DNA of 64,000 nt from the human T2T-CHM13v2.0 reference genome, Homo sapiens, in the NCBI RefSeq assembly GCF_009914755.1, contig NC_060934.1. One strand, 5' to 3'. Shown here one piece after another: positions 52,361-64,000 of the stretch. Made by a program: the position numbers and the translations under genes. The notes below the pieces were generated by a model. The model was given only the letters and a program-made list of their open reading frames with translations, made no database searches and was not told where the DNA came from. The stretch's first letter is position 1, and the number at the start of each line of letters is the position of its first letter.

Positions 52361-53066
52361 TTACAAAGCACCATATCTTGTCAAGAAGCAAAATGATGTC
52401 ATGGGAAGAGCATTGTTTGACATCTCTGACCCTCAGTTTCTTCATCTTAAAAATGAGTATTCTGCCTGAATTCTAATAAAGATCAAGTCAAAAGTACCCG
52501 AAGGTGGTAATATTAACTATTATTATTGTTACCATTATTATTATTGGACATAGAGCACTTACAATATACCAGGCCTTGTTCTAAGTCTTTTACCCATATA
52601 AACTTATTTAGTCCTCACTGCAATCCTGTGACGTAGGTACTTTAATTGTCCCCACTTGTCTACATGGCCTCTGGATTATACCAGTCCTCAATCAATGTCA
52701 GTTGGTGTTTATTGTGGGGCTTCTATTATAACTGACAAGGCACATTTCCCTTAAGATCTCTCTTCTCAGGAAATGATTTTTGGGATTTTAGAAGGAAACA
52801 ATGAGGTAATGAAACATTGCATGTAAAAACACACAGTTATTTGAGCCCCCCACTTGGTTTAATACAAGTGGTTTTAGTTTTTGGTTTTGGTTGTTCACAT
52901 CTCAAGGTCAAGATGTGTTCAATGTCACCTGTGACAACTCATTAGCTCTCATCTTTGTTTGAAATTATATCCTGAAACCAGCTCCCACCCCTCAGATGAA
53001 CGTGCATAGATACCATGCAAGAAAGTTCACAAGCTGCACCCCCATTTCCAGAGAAAGGACCCAAAG

Positions 53067-53224
53067 AGCAGGGGCTTGGTAGGCAGCCACTTCTTTCTCA
53101 TTACCCAACAAGCTCCCAGAACCAATTGCAGTGACTGCCACCCGCAAGGCTGGTCTTCCCACACGGTTAGCATGATGGAGCATAGAGACTCATGGAGCTG
53201 CAGGGACTGAAGTGCAGACAGAGC
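53067..53224 (-). pseudogene. Diverged duplicate (pseudo-exon) of FRMPD2 exon 5 in intron 3
   Basis: Manual alignment to about 49155-49300 gives about 113/146 identity with one 1-nt gap; SLQLHESLCSIMLTVWEDQP vs [20 protein letters not shown]; AG acceptor retained at 53207-53208. Confidence 0.9.
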
Positions 53225-55963
53225 TCCAGCATCCTGAGCACTGCCAGAGGCACCACCCACACCTGGGAGCTCACCTGGATTCTAAGGGCTCTGTCTAAAA
53301 GTGTCTTAGGGCAAGGCCTTGGCCACAGTGACAAAAGGCTTCATCCAAAATTCTAAATTCAGCTCACTGGTAGACACTGCCAGTAGAGGCTGGTGAGAAG
53401 GATTTTGAAGGCAACTCCTGGCTCAGTGGGAAAGAACACCATGTTTGATTGGTGATGTCTGCCATGAGCATAGGATGGGGTACTGGCAGCACAGATGACT
53501 TGTAGTTAGAGACCTGCCCACACCTTCCACCTGACCTGCACCTGAGGCTAAGATGCCAAGTAGTTGGGGAAATATGTCAGTGCACTGTTTAGGGCAGATG
53601 TTGGTCCAAGGAGAGGGGTCTGGGTACACCCTCCCAGCACCAGAACGAGGCCCAGGACTGGGGGAGGATTCTGAGCACAGCCTGTCCAGGGACCATTCTC
53701 CTAGCTCCTAGCTGCCCAACCAACCCCTCATGGACCCATGCCAAACTGGATGAAGAGAGGAGCCTGTAATGAATGGAAAAGAACAGTGATGAACAGAACT
53801 GAGTGTTAGAGATGCTGAAAGAGATCAAGTTACCTGGTCACTCTGCCTCCTTGCCTAATAAACAGGGCTTGAGGCTGGTGGCTTTGGCCCCTTAAAGCCC
53901 ACTCCACTTGCCATGCTTCATATGCCTAGAGCGCTAAACCAATGTTTGGTTAGTTCGGAGCTCAGTCCCTCTCATACTGGATCTCTTCCAGCTCACACTC
54001 ACTCTCATCTTCCTGGCCAGGACTCAGCAATACATTTAGCCAGTTCTTAACTCAACCTATTAGTCTTGAATCTACTGGAGTCCTCGTGCCTCTGCCTGGA
54101 GGAAAGTGTGCAGGAGGAAGGAACATATTATTTTCCAGCTCAAAGACGCTCTGGGCAGAGAAGTGACTGGGCCTTCATAAGGTACTCAATGGAGGCCAAC
54201 CTGCAATCAGGAGGGTGATGCCTGATCCTAACCAGTGAGTACTGGGATGGTCAGGAGCACTCAAATCTGTGTTAGCTCAGGTACATCAGAAAGTGGAGCC
54301 TGAGGCAAGGGTTAAGTGCAGACCCTTCACTCAGGGGCTGCAAGCCCAGGGCAATGACAGTGTAGAGAAAATGGGAAGGGAGACAGGGACCAATGTGATA
54401 TGCAGGGTCAAAATGCTGGCCATCTCCTTGCAACAAGCAACAGAGCACAGCCTGAAGTGCAGCAGACAGGGCTTCCTAGCACTCAGGACTTCTCTAGAAA
54501 GCTTGCAAGGCTTGCACAGCACAAAGCCATCCACAAGAGAAAGAGGAGGGAAAACGTATCCTCTTAGGTCCCCTCCAGACTCTCATTTACCACTGGCTAA
54601 GTGTCCCCCATAAGAAGGTAACTCCCCTGCATTCTCAGGTTGCATTGGCGTGGTCCTTTAGCAGTCACACAGAAATCCCAGTCCCAGGGGTCAATATGTG
54701 ACATCTTAGCTGAGTCCAGGGCATAAGAGGCAACTCAGTGTAGGTGGAGCCAAGAGTCCCAAACAGACCTGAGAGGCACGCAAGTCTGTGTCCAATCCAG
54801 GAATCAGTGATTCACCCCTGGGGTCCTGGCAGTGTAAGAAGGTATGTGGGCCTGGATGCCAGAGTGACTTCCAGGATTTCAGGGGGGAGGGGGTGCTGGA
54901 GCTGGGGTCACTGGAACTGGAACTCTTATGCTTTCACTTTTGTGGGCTGACTTACAGACATGTGGACCCAGACAAACCAAATCTGGAAACCACCACATCC
55001 CCATTCTCTGCCTTTCAGAGCCTGGAGGGAAAGCAGCTCCCATTCCAGAATGCCTCCCGAGGGTAGCAGCATTTTCACATCTGCACTTTTCTCATGAAAG
55101 GGCGAGGAAGAAGAAACAGAACTCTCTGCGGAAACACCCACCATGCCCCATCCAGTGTTGTGTGGCTGCCTTGCACCATTCTCTCCTTTGAGAGAATTAA
55201 AATTCTCTTTGAAATTAAAAATGATGTTTACTGGAAACTTCTGCTGTTCAGAAGCAAAACATGTCCATTGTTGAAAAACCAAAAACCTCCACTGATGTTG
55301 CCATCCAGAAACAATCACCGCAGACACTTTGGTGTATGTATTTTTAGAACTTCCTCTCTCTCTCTCTTTCATCCTCTCTAACCAAACTTGGATAATATTA
55401 TGTGCACATATATTGAATTTCTTTTCAATACATTAAATAAGCTTCTACAGCCTCATTTTAATGGTGTTTTGTCTCATGTCCTCTCCCACTCACTATTTAG
55501 CTTGTTTTCAATTTATCACTAACGTCAGCAATACAACAATCAGCATTGCTGCAGCTAAATTTATCTTTACTTGTGCCTTAGAATAAATTCCTAGTTGAGG
55601 ACGTGTTGGGTCATTTTGAGGTGTCTTGCTACATACTGCCAATGGTAACAATGTGCCAGACCACTTAACCACAGCTTTTCAACACTTCTTTTTGAATATT
55701 GATAATAACCTGATCAATTAAGCCACATTAACCCCATTTTACCAATGTAGAAATTGGGGCTCAGAGAAGTGGACTTGCCCTTGTCCATGAGCTAGTAAGT
55801 TGTTGACAAGAAATCCTGGGAATAAAACTCTTGAAACCCACTCTGGCTTGGTGTTGAGAACCAAGCTCTGCAAGGCTGAGCTGGGAGCTGGGGAGGCTGC
55901 CGCTGGGACAGGCCTTTCCCAGGGCACAGGACTCAGAAGTTGCAGAGTAGCTGCACAGCTTAC

Positions 55964-56121
55964 CTGAGATGCATCAGGCTGCTCATCCTCACTCTGTCCC
56001 TGTAGCAGTTCAGGGGCCTTGAAAGGAGCAGCCTCTATATGAGAAACACGGCCTTGGAAAGAAAGGCTTCCAGCTGCAGAAAGCAGGGCTGACCAGGGGC
56101 AAACCACATAGTCCGAGGAAT
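55964..56121 (-). CDS. FRMPD2: FRMPD2 exon 3 (KIND), 158 nt, phase 1-0
   Basis: tttcag|ATTCC ... TCTCAG|gtaagc; [53 protein letters not shown]. Confidence 0.95.
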
Positions 56122-56752
56122 CTGAAACCAAGCCAGTGATGGGGCTGTAGAGACAGAGCTTCCATCTGGGGTGCCAGCATGGGACTGTGCCCAGCAGGTG
56201 CCTGGCAGTACCCATCTCTGGGACTGAATGTGAGCAAGACCCAGAGGAGACATGGAACAGAATAAATTCAACCCTGATGCATGGGAACATGTATAATAAA
56301 AGGTGACTGTGGCCATGGCCAGGAAGTTAGCACCTGCACCTAAATTCATCTGTGGCCCAAGAGTCTCAAGGTAAAAGGTAAAGAGAGGGTCAGGCACACC
56401 TGGAATTTAGCACAAGCCTGAGTTCTCTAGAGACAGACCAGGATCCAAGGCAGCTGGTCTTCTGGGAGCTCCGTAGCTGTTCATCAGAACCTCCAGGGTG
56501 GGGAAGAGGGAGAAGATGACGCTGAAGGCACAGGTGCACAGCCTCCTCCATAGGCCCATGCTGGGACCCATCGCCCTCACAGAACATGTGTAATGTTTCA
56601 CTCCAGGAGCCTCTGCTGTATGCACTGAAGCCCCCAAGCACGTGTGACCTGTGAGTTGACACCTGAGTGTGGGTACTCAGCATTTGTTCTGGACCTTAAT
56701 GCCTAGGAGCCCCATAGTCATCCTTGGATACCGCTACCTTAGGTCTCTCCTG

Positions 56753-56884
56753 TACTGAGAGCACAGTGTGCAGCTTTCTCATTAGAGGGCTCTGAAGAGA
56801 CACTATAGGAGGCCTTATTACTGAGAGCACAGTGTGCAGCTTTCTCATTAGAGGGCTCTGAAGAGACACTATAGGAGGCCTTAT
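56753..56884. repeat. Perfect 66-bp tandem duplication
   Basis: tactgagagcacagtgtgcagctttctcattagagggctctgaagagacactataggaggccttat x2. Confidence 0.97.
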
Positions 56885-57332
56885 CTCTCCCACAGTTTCT
56901 GGAGTTAGTGCAAGTGTGAGGCCACCTGGAGGTTGGGCTCTGTACAGAACACATGCCCAGGATGTGAGGTCACTTGGCCACCTCAAGGCCGGAACTTGAC
57001 ATGTGACCACCTTCTCAAATCTACACAGGACTCTAGCGGCCCTCCTGCCCACACCAACCTCCAGAGAGGTGACTCGCCCGAGCCCACCTACACCCTAAAG
57101 GGTCGCCCCAACCCCCACCTGCAGTGCGTGCTCCCTACCTGGCCACCGGTGGCTATTGCCTGGGCCATGACTGCAGACCACCTCTGGCAGGGCACACCAG
57201 CAAATTCTACCATCATCATGGGCTGCAAGCACAGCTCCTCCCACAGATCTGAACCCCAAACAGGGAAGGGGGCTTCCCTTCAAAGTTTATCCCTCACTGG
57301 GTACCTGCCCTCAGCCTTAGGAGACCCACTAG

Positions 57333-57647
<315 letters not shown>

Positions 57648-57737
57648 CGTTTTCTTATGCCTTACAGTTGCTCTTCAAACACTGTTTAGTAATTCTTTCT
57701 ATTAACCTCCCCTGTTTAGAACACAGAGTAGGTCTGC

Positions 57738-58045
57738 CTTTTTTTTTTTTTTTTTTTTGAGATGAGTCTTGCTCTGTTGCCCAGGCTGGAGGGCAGTGGC
57801 ACAATCTTGGCTCACTACAACCTCTGCCTCCTGGGTTCAGGAAATTCTCCTGTCTCCGCCTCCCGAGTAGCTGAGATTACAGGCGAGCGCAACCATACCT
57901 GGCAAATTTTTTTTTTTGTATTTTTAATAGAGATGGAGTTTCACCATGTTGGCCAGGCTGGTCCCAAACCCCTGACCTCAGGTAATCTGCCCACCTTGGC
58001 CTCCCAAAGTGCTGGGATTACAGGTGTGAGCCACCGTGCCCAGCC
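57738..58045 (-). mobile_element. AluS
   Basis: Full dimer with long poly(T); TSD aggtctgcctt. Confidence 0.95.
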
Positions 58046-58508
58046 AGGTCTGCCTTCTGATGGGGCACAGACTAGTGCAACATCTGGTGGACAGAGTGTA
58101 GGGGTGTCCTGGGTGACCACACCCTGCCTCTCATCTCTGGTTATGCCCAGAGACAGCCCATGTGCTGTTAGACACCCATAGCACTGCAGCCACTCTCTTC
58201 CTAAATCCTCCCAGCTTTGCATGCCTGGAAATGCTGCAACACCAAGGCAGAAGCAAAGCCTTTCTTTTGACTCTGCCACATGGCATGGGTCCAAGAGTCA
58301 GGCCTGCCCTCCCAGTGCAGCTCCAAGGATAGGTGCTATTCTTCTACTCATTCTAATACCTCAGAGTAATCACAGATCAAGCAGCAGCAACCTTGTTCTG
58401 TGCTCTCAGAGGTTGATTTAAAAAAGCAGCAGCAGCCAGAACTGTGTTTGTGTGGGAAGCTTCACATACAACTCCCTGTGATTTGACTGCCCCCAAACAC
58501 TCTCTTAC

Positions 58509-58634
58509 CGTTGCGGAGGTCTTCCAGGAGCTGCTCAGCGGCCAGGAACAGGAGGGACCAGATTTCCTCCTCAGACAGAGCTTCACCCCTGACCTGTAGG
58601 GCGCTGGCCAGCGTCACAGAGGACAGGCTCATGC
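58509..58634 (-). CDS. FRMPD2: FRMPD2 exon 2 (KIND domain start), 126 nt, phase 1-1
   Basis: ttgtag|GCATGAGC ... AACG|gtaaga; (G)[41 protein letters not shown]. Confidence 0.95.
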
Positions 58635-60139
58635 CTACAATAAAGACATGCATGTGACAGGGCCTCTGCAATGTCCAGGAACATGTCCGGGCCCGTACTC
58701 GCCACTCTGGTGCAGCCAGGCATGGTCTGGCCACTACTGCACACCGGCACTGTGTTTTCAGCACCTGGGTCCCTGGGGTCAGGCACAGAGCCAAGCACAC
58801 AGAGGAGTTAAAGAAATGTTAATTGGAGGACTGACCAGGTTGGCTGGTCGGTTCTCAGTGAATGAGTAAACAAACAATAAAACTCCCAAATGAAAGGTTA
58901 AATGAATAAATAAATGAACAACCAAATGAAACATGAGAACAGCACCTCCCAGCTGGGTGCGAGCTGTTGCAGAGAGTAACCTACACCTGGGTAGTGTGTG
59001 GCCTCCTCTCCTTCTCTCTCTGGAGAAGTTAGCTAACATTTTTGCCTGCAGTACGTGATTCACATCTTTCATCTCTGGCTGCCACATGTAGAGTCAGATT
59101 TGGTGCCAGTACCACCCCTTTCTCCAGCACCTGCCTGAAGTGCCAGAGCGACTCACTAGACAGAAGTATAAGCCCCATGTTTCAGAAAGGGGCAGCCTCA
59201 CAGATAAACTGGAGGAGGCTCAAGAGGGCTAGTCTTCTCTTCCCTCTCTTCTGGTAAGCAGGGCCTTTAGACCAAAGCTGATGTTTAAATGTCTATCTCC
59301 CTGACAAAGCTGCCACCCACTAATCTCCAGAGACCCAGGTGCTGAGTGGCACCGGAAGAAGCCAGGCGGGCTTTTCCTAATCCATTTACATCCTCACTGA
59401 TCTTTCTCTACAGCCAGAGCTCAAGCAGGGCGGGTGTGCAGTGTCGGGCGCTAGATGGGGAGCACATAGAGGCACCCCCATCCCCCATTGACACACTAAT
59501 CCAAGATCTACTCCCCAGCTGCCCAGCTCCCTGCAGACACCTCTGCTACCAGCCTCCTCCAGCCTCAGGAAGAGAGGCTGGTTTCAGGAGAAAGAGGCTT
59601 GGTCTGCTACCTCTCCCTGGGGCAGAAAGGGAGCCGCAGCAGGACCCCCTCAGAAAGCTTGACCTGTGAGCCGTCACTTATCACAAGGAGTCTGTGAAGA
59701 AGGGAGTATTGTTTCCATTTACAGACAGGAAATAAGTCCAAGGTAATCAAGTAAAAAGTGATGAATTAGAAGCTGAACTCCAGGCCCTCTCTCTTTTTCT
59801 TTTCTATTTCTTTTCTTTTTTCTTTCCTTTCCTTCCTTTTCCTTTCCTTTTCTTTCGTTTTTTTATCTCTCCTCTCTCTTTAGAAACTGTTTGAGACTTA
59901 TGGACTAGGCATTCCTATTCCACCACATTTTTCTAACTCTCTATAGCCACAGTGAAAGGTTGCTTATTAAAGATAAGAAGGGGGAAGAAGAAGACCATGA
60001 TTCTTATACAAAAAATCTCTAAATCCCAAAATAAAATATTGAATGGGTGGGGTTTTTTAAATTGCTTTATGACTAGACAAAAATGCATTAAAAGTCTTCT
60101 AGGCTGGTGTGGATAGTGAAGACCATTATTTCAGTACAA

Positions 60140-60790
60140 TAATTCAATGGAGGGAGGACAAACTTTTCAACAAATAGTTCTGGATCCATCATGGAAAAAA
60201 GCTGAACATGGTCCTAAACCTTGCACCTTATGCAAAAATTACTTCAAAATGAATCATAGATTTAATATAGAACATAAAACTATAAACTTTCATGGAGGAA
60301 AATGGGAGAAAATATTTAGGACTCATCACAAACAAGGACTGCCCAATAAAATGAACAGCTGATTTCTCATCAAAAACCATGGAGACCAAAAGGCAGTTGG
60401 ATGACGTATGGTCTTAACTAGCCACACCAGCCTCAAACACTTAATGCATTTTTTTCTAGGCACAAAGCAGTTAGAAAAACCCCACCCAATATCAAAATAC
60501 TTGGAGGGGAGACTGTCAAACAAGAATTTGGTAGACAACAAAGCAATCAATCCTTCAAAACTGAAAGAGAAATTAAGACCTATTCACATAAACAAAAATT
60601 GTGCAAATTTGTTGCTAGCACACCCTTCCCTCCGAGAAATCCTAATGGAGTCCTTCAGACTGAAATGAAAAGACACTAGACAGTAACTCAAATCCACATG
60701 AAGAAATGGGAGCACCCATAAAGATAATAACATAGGTAAATGTAAAAGACAATAAAAATGTATTTTGATTGGAACCCTTTTTTCTCCTAT
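60140..60790 (+). mobile_element. Old L1 fragments (ORF2 piece, then ORF1 C-terminal piece)
   Basis: ttttcaacaaatag...aaaattacttcaaaatgaatcatagatttaaat; gatttctcatcaaaaaccatggagaccaaaaggcag...tccttcaaaactgaaagagaaattaagac. Confidence 0.7.
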
Positions 60791-62429
60791 CAGAATTTTT
60801 TTAAAAGGAGCATCCAACATCTGGAAAAGCACATAACTGATCGGGTTTGCCAATCAAGCACCCTTCTTTTTGTTAAAGCTAAGAGTCACTAGAGGCTTGA
60901 AGTTGCTGTTTTTGTTATTGGACGTGTCAGGATCACAACTTCCATATCAAATATAACCATGATCCAGGAGTCAGTGACAGGAAATTACTCATCACCCTTT
61001 CAATTAAAAAAAAAAAAAGTTGTCATGCTTGTTCCAATGCACAAGCACGATCCCTCTACAGAAGGAAATGTGTGCATTCCAGTTTTCGGCACCAACTCCC
61101 TGCCTGACCAACCACAGTGTTACGGTGGAATGTTATGATCTGTCCGCAGTGGCAAGTTGGTTTCTGAAGAGTGCAGGAAGCCTGGGAACCATCCAGAGCT
61201 CTGAATTTCCCTGGCTGGCCTCAGGACTACAGTGTGGGTTATGAATAATCTGCAAGCTAGCAGGTAGGCCAAGATTTGTATCGCTGCTAGGCAAAAATGC
61301 AAATTCCTTTTCTTGACCTGAGAGGTCTGGCAGGCAGATGAGCCCTGCCCACCTCTCCAACTCCACTTCCCACCTCCCTGTCCCTTGCTTACCACCCTCA
61401 CCGTGTTCCATCACACTGGGCTTGTGATAGATTATGAAGTAAGATAATTCTCTACACTAGCCCACCAGCCCTTAACAACCAGCCTGGACTCACAATTAAC
61501 ATTGTTATCTCTGTGTGATATTGTGAACACTATTTCAAAGCCCACTGCTACTTCCTTGAACGACAATACACTTCCATAGCATTTACTGTACGCCAGGCAC
61601 TGTTCAGAGTGCTTTATGTGCTAACTCATTTAAGCTTCATGACAGCCTTCTGAAATAGGGCTATCATCATGCCCATTTTAAAGATGAGGAACAAAGAGGT
61701 TAAGTGACTTGGCCAGTGTCACACAGCTTGGACTTGGGTTTACGCTCTTGGTCTCAGAGGCAGAGCTCTTCCCCACCATATTATGCTGGCTGTGGAAATG
61801 CTGTGAAGCACTTTATGGGGCCTGTAATCTCAGGCTATGAAATAGTCATTAGCCTTTAGCCATCACACCAAGATGCCTCTGGGCTCCTCTCCAAGTTTTT
61901 CATGGTCTGGTGGGCTGTATCATGCACTGAAAAGGGGATCATTAACTATGTAAAGGATGCAGGGATCCCACTGCGTAGAGAGATCTGACAGTGAGGATGT
62001 TCTGGGAAAGCATCCAGTCAATGGGCATTTTGGGGGGGCCCCTCCACTACCCTTATCTCTCATACACCTTCCCAGATCTCACCTACATAGACTGACCCTC
62101 TATACTGACTCCACTATCTGAAGGCTTCGGGGCTCATCTAGTAGCATAGAAGTCTTCTTTGCCATTGGAGATCCCACTAGCCCATCCAGAAGCTTCTTTG
62201 GGCCCTTTCCAATGAGTTTCCAGGCTGAGGAGCATCCTGTTTGCCAGGACTTGCTTTTATTGGCCTTAGCCTGTAGCAGCCCCTCTCCCTGGCATGCCTC
62301 GGGCTAGAATCTTTTCCCTGCCCTTGATCTTTAGTGCTTCCACTTGGGCCTCCCTCTCCCATGTGCCATGGCAACAGCAGCCCTGAGCTTCATCTGTGAG
62401 GCTGTCCCTACAGCCTTCCCTCAGCCATT

Positions 62430-62940
62430 ACCACATTTAATAAATACTCGTCAAGGATCTGGTATATTTCAAGCTCTGTACTACCAGTAGAATGAGGAAC
62501 AATGTTAACAACCTACCCTGAGAGTCATGGGGATGGGCAGAGGGAGACAGCCAACGAGAAGGTAAGCAAATAAAATAATTCTGTAGAGTGATAGACTAAT
62601 GAAGTAAGAATAGGCAATGCATGATAACAAGCTTTTGGTGTGGGGGACATCTTAGCTGAAGTGGTCAAGGAAGGCACTTCCAGGAGGTGTCACTGAAGCT
62701 GAGATTTGGAAGTTGAGAAGGCACCAGCCATGGGAAAAACTTCCCAGGTAGAGGGAAGAGCAAGCACAACAGAGTTTGGCAGATTCCAAGAACTGAGAGA
62801 AGCCCGCTCATGGTGAGGGAGGTGAGGGCGGTAAGCCAGGGGTAGGCAGGTGGGAGGTGGAGTTGGAGAGGTGGGCGGGTCCCATCTGCCCGCAGACCTC
62901 TTAGGCCAAGAAAAAGAGTTTGCATTTTGGCGTAGGAGCA
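62430..62940 (-). mobile_element. L2 fragment
   Basis: gtggtcaaggaaggcacttccaggaggtgtcactgaagctgagatttggaag...ttcccaggtagagggaagagcaagc. Confidence 0.7.
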
Positions 62941-63831
62941 GTATGAATCTTGGCCTACCTGCTAGTTTGCAGAGCACGTGCAACCCACACTGCAAAGCCA
63001 GGGAGAAGCCTTTTGACACTGGCCTGTGGCTGAGTATTAACTAGAAGGAAGGGAGAGTTCCAGAGGGCTGACTGCAAACACCTTAGCTTATCTGATCTTC
63101 ACCAGTCCTGTAAGTGGAGATGGTTTTAATCAAGGGCAAAGCTCGCATCTGCTCCCTGCCCCCCCACCCAGGAAGAACCCTTGGGTCCCTGTCCCCTAGA
63201 CAGCTGCCCAGTCAATCCCCGAGTGTCAGCTGCAGGGATCAGCCACCTCACCCGGGCGGCACACCGTATGCATTAGTTGCCAAGATATTTTGCAGCATTT
63301 GTAAAGTGCTGGCTTCTGAAGAAGTAAGGATCTCTGTTATCCCTAATTGTATATTGATTGACTGACTATATAGTGGCTTTTGAACTGTGAGATTTTGGTC
63401 ACATTTCGGTATTTTGTCTTCATTCATCTCCCCTCCCCAACTCTCCATCAAGACACCATCCATGACCTCTGGCCTTCATCTGTGGCTGGTTAGCGAGATT
63501 GACAACCCTCTGGAATGCCCTGGAGACACTCCTGCATTGGGACAGAGGTTGGACCAAGGTCTCAGAGGTCCCTAAGGACCTTCTCAGCTCTGGAGCTGAA
63601 GGTGCCACTGCCCAGGAAGAGAAGGCATGGAACCAAGGGAAGCAGAGGAGGCCTTGCAGGATGGGGATGAGTCACACAACTCCTGGCCTCGTGGGTCAGG
63701 GGACCAGGCCACTGTCTGTCCTTGGAACACTCCTTGTTTCTCCAAACTCCTGGTTTGTCCTCACCTCCTCGGCATTCTTTCTCCCTCTCATGGTCCCTGA
63801 AATGTTGTCCCTCAGGATTCTATTTGAGGCC

Positions 63832-64000
63832 CTGTATGGTTTCCTGTGCCTTCTATAACAAATTACCACAAACCTCACAGACTAACACAAGATAAATTTA
63901 TTATCTCACAGTTCCAGGAACAAGAAATCCAAAATCAGTTTGACTGGGTTGAAGTCAGGGTGTCCGCAGGACTATGGTCCCTCCACAGGCTCTGACGGAG
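63832..64000 (-). mobile_element. MLT1-type MaLR LTR, truncated by the window edge
   Basis: ctataacaaattaccacaaacctca...aaatttattatctcacagttccaggaacaagaaatccaaaatcag. Confidence 0.8.

Noticed and set aside
53230-55960. Duplicate of exon 4 accompanying the exon-5 copy
   Set aside because: Only vague similarity near 54970 (gacaaacc...); not supportable by eye.
56753-56884. CRISPR-like array
   Set aside because: Two adjacent units with no spacers, in eukaryotic DNA.

Overview
Primate, most likely human, genomic DNA from the interior of FRMPD2 (KIND-FERM-PDZ protein, paralog of PTPN13), transcribed on the minus strand. Fourteen consecutive coding exons (conventional numbering about 2-15) run from 58634 to 8169. 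All have GT-AG junctions, and their phases chain into one open frame encoding the KIND domain, a linker and the FERM domain. Exon 1 and the PDZ exons lie outside the window. The rest is repeat-rich intron: Alus, L1, L2/MIR, MaLR and ERV1 LTRs, a 6.5-kb two-LTR non-coding ERV1 element, hAT fossils and microsatellites. Most notable observations: (1) a diverged (~77%) copy of KIND exon 5 inside intron 3 that keeps its acceptor and, at its frameshift site, has a new GT donor that would give an in-frame 102-nt cassette exon; (2) an apparent L1 3' transduction with 5' inversion, nested in an LTR that is nested in a MER3-type element; (3) a two-template short insertion; (4) several local direct and inverted duplications. 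Repeat family names come from recalled consensus sequences and need Dfam/RepeatMasker confirmation. Almost all ORFs in the supplied track are not real genes.
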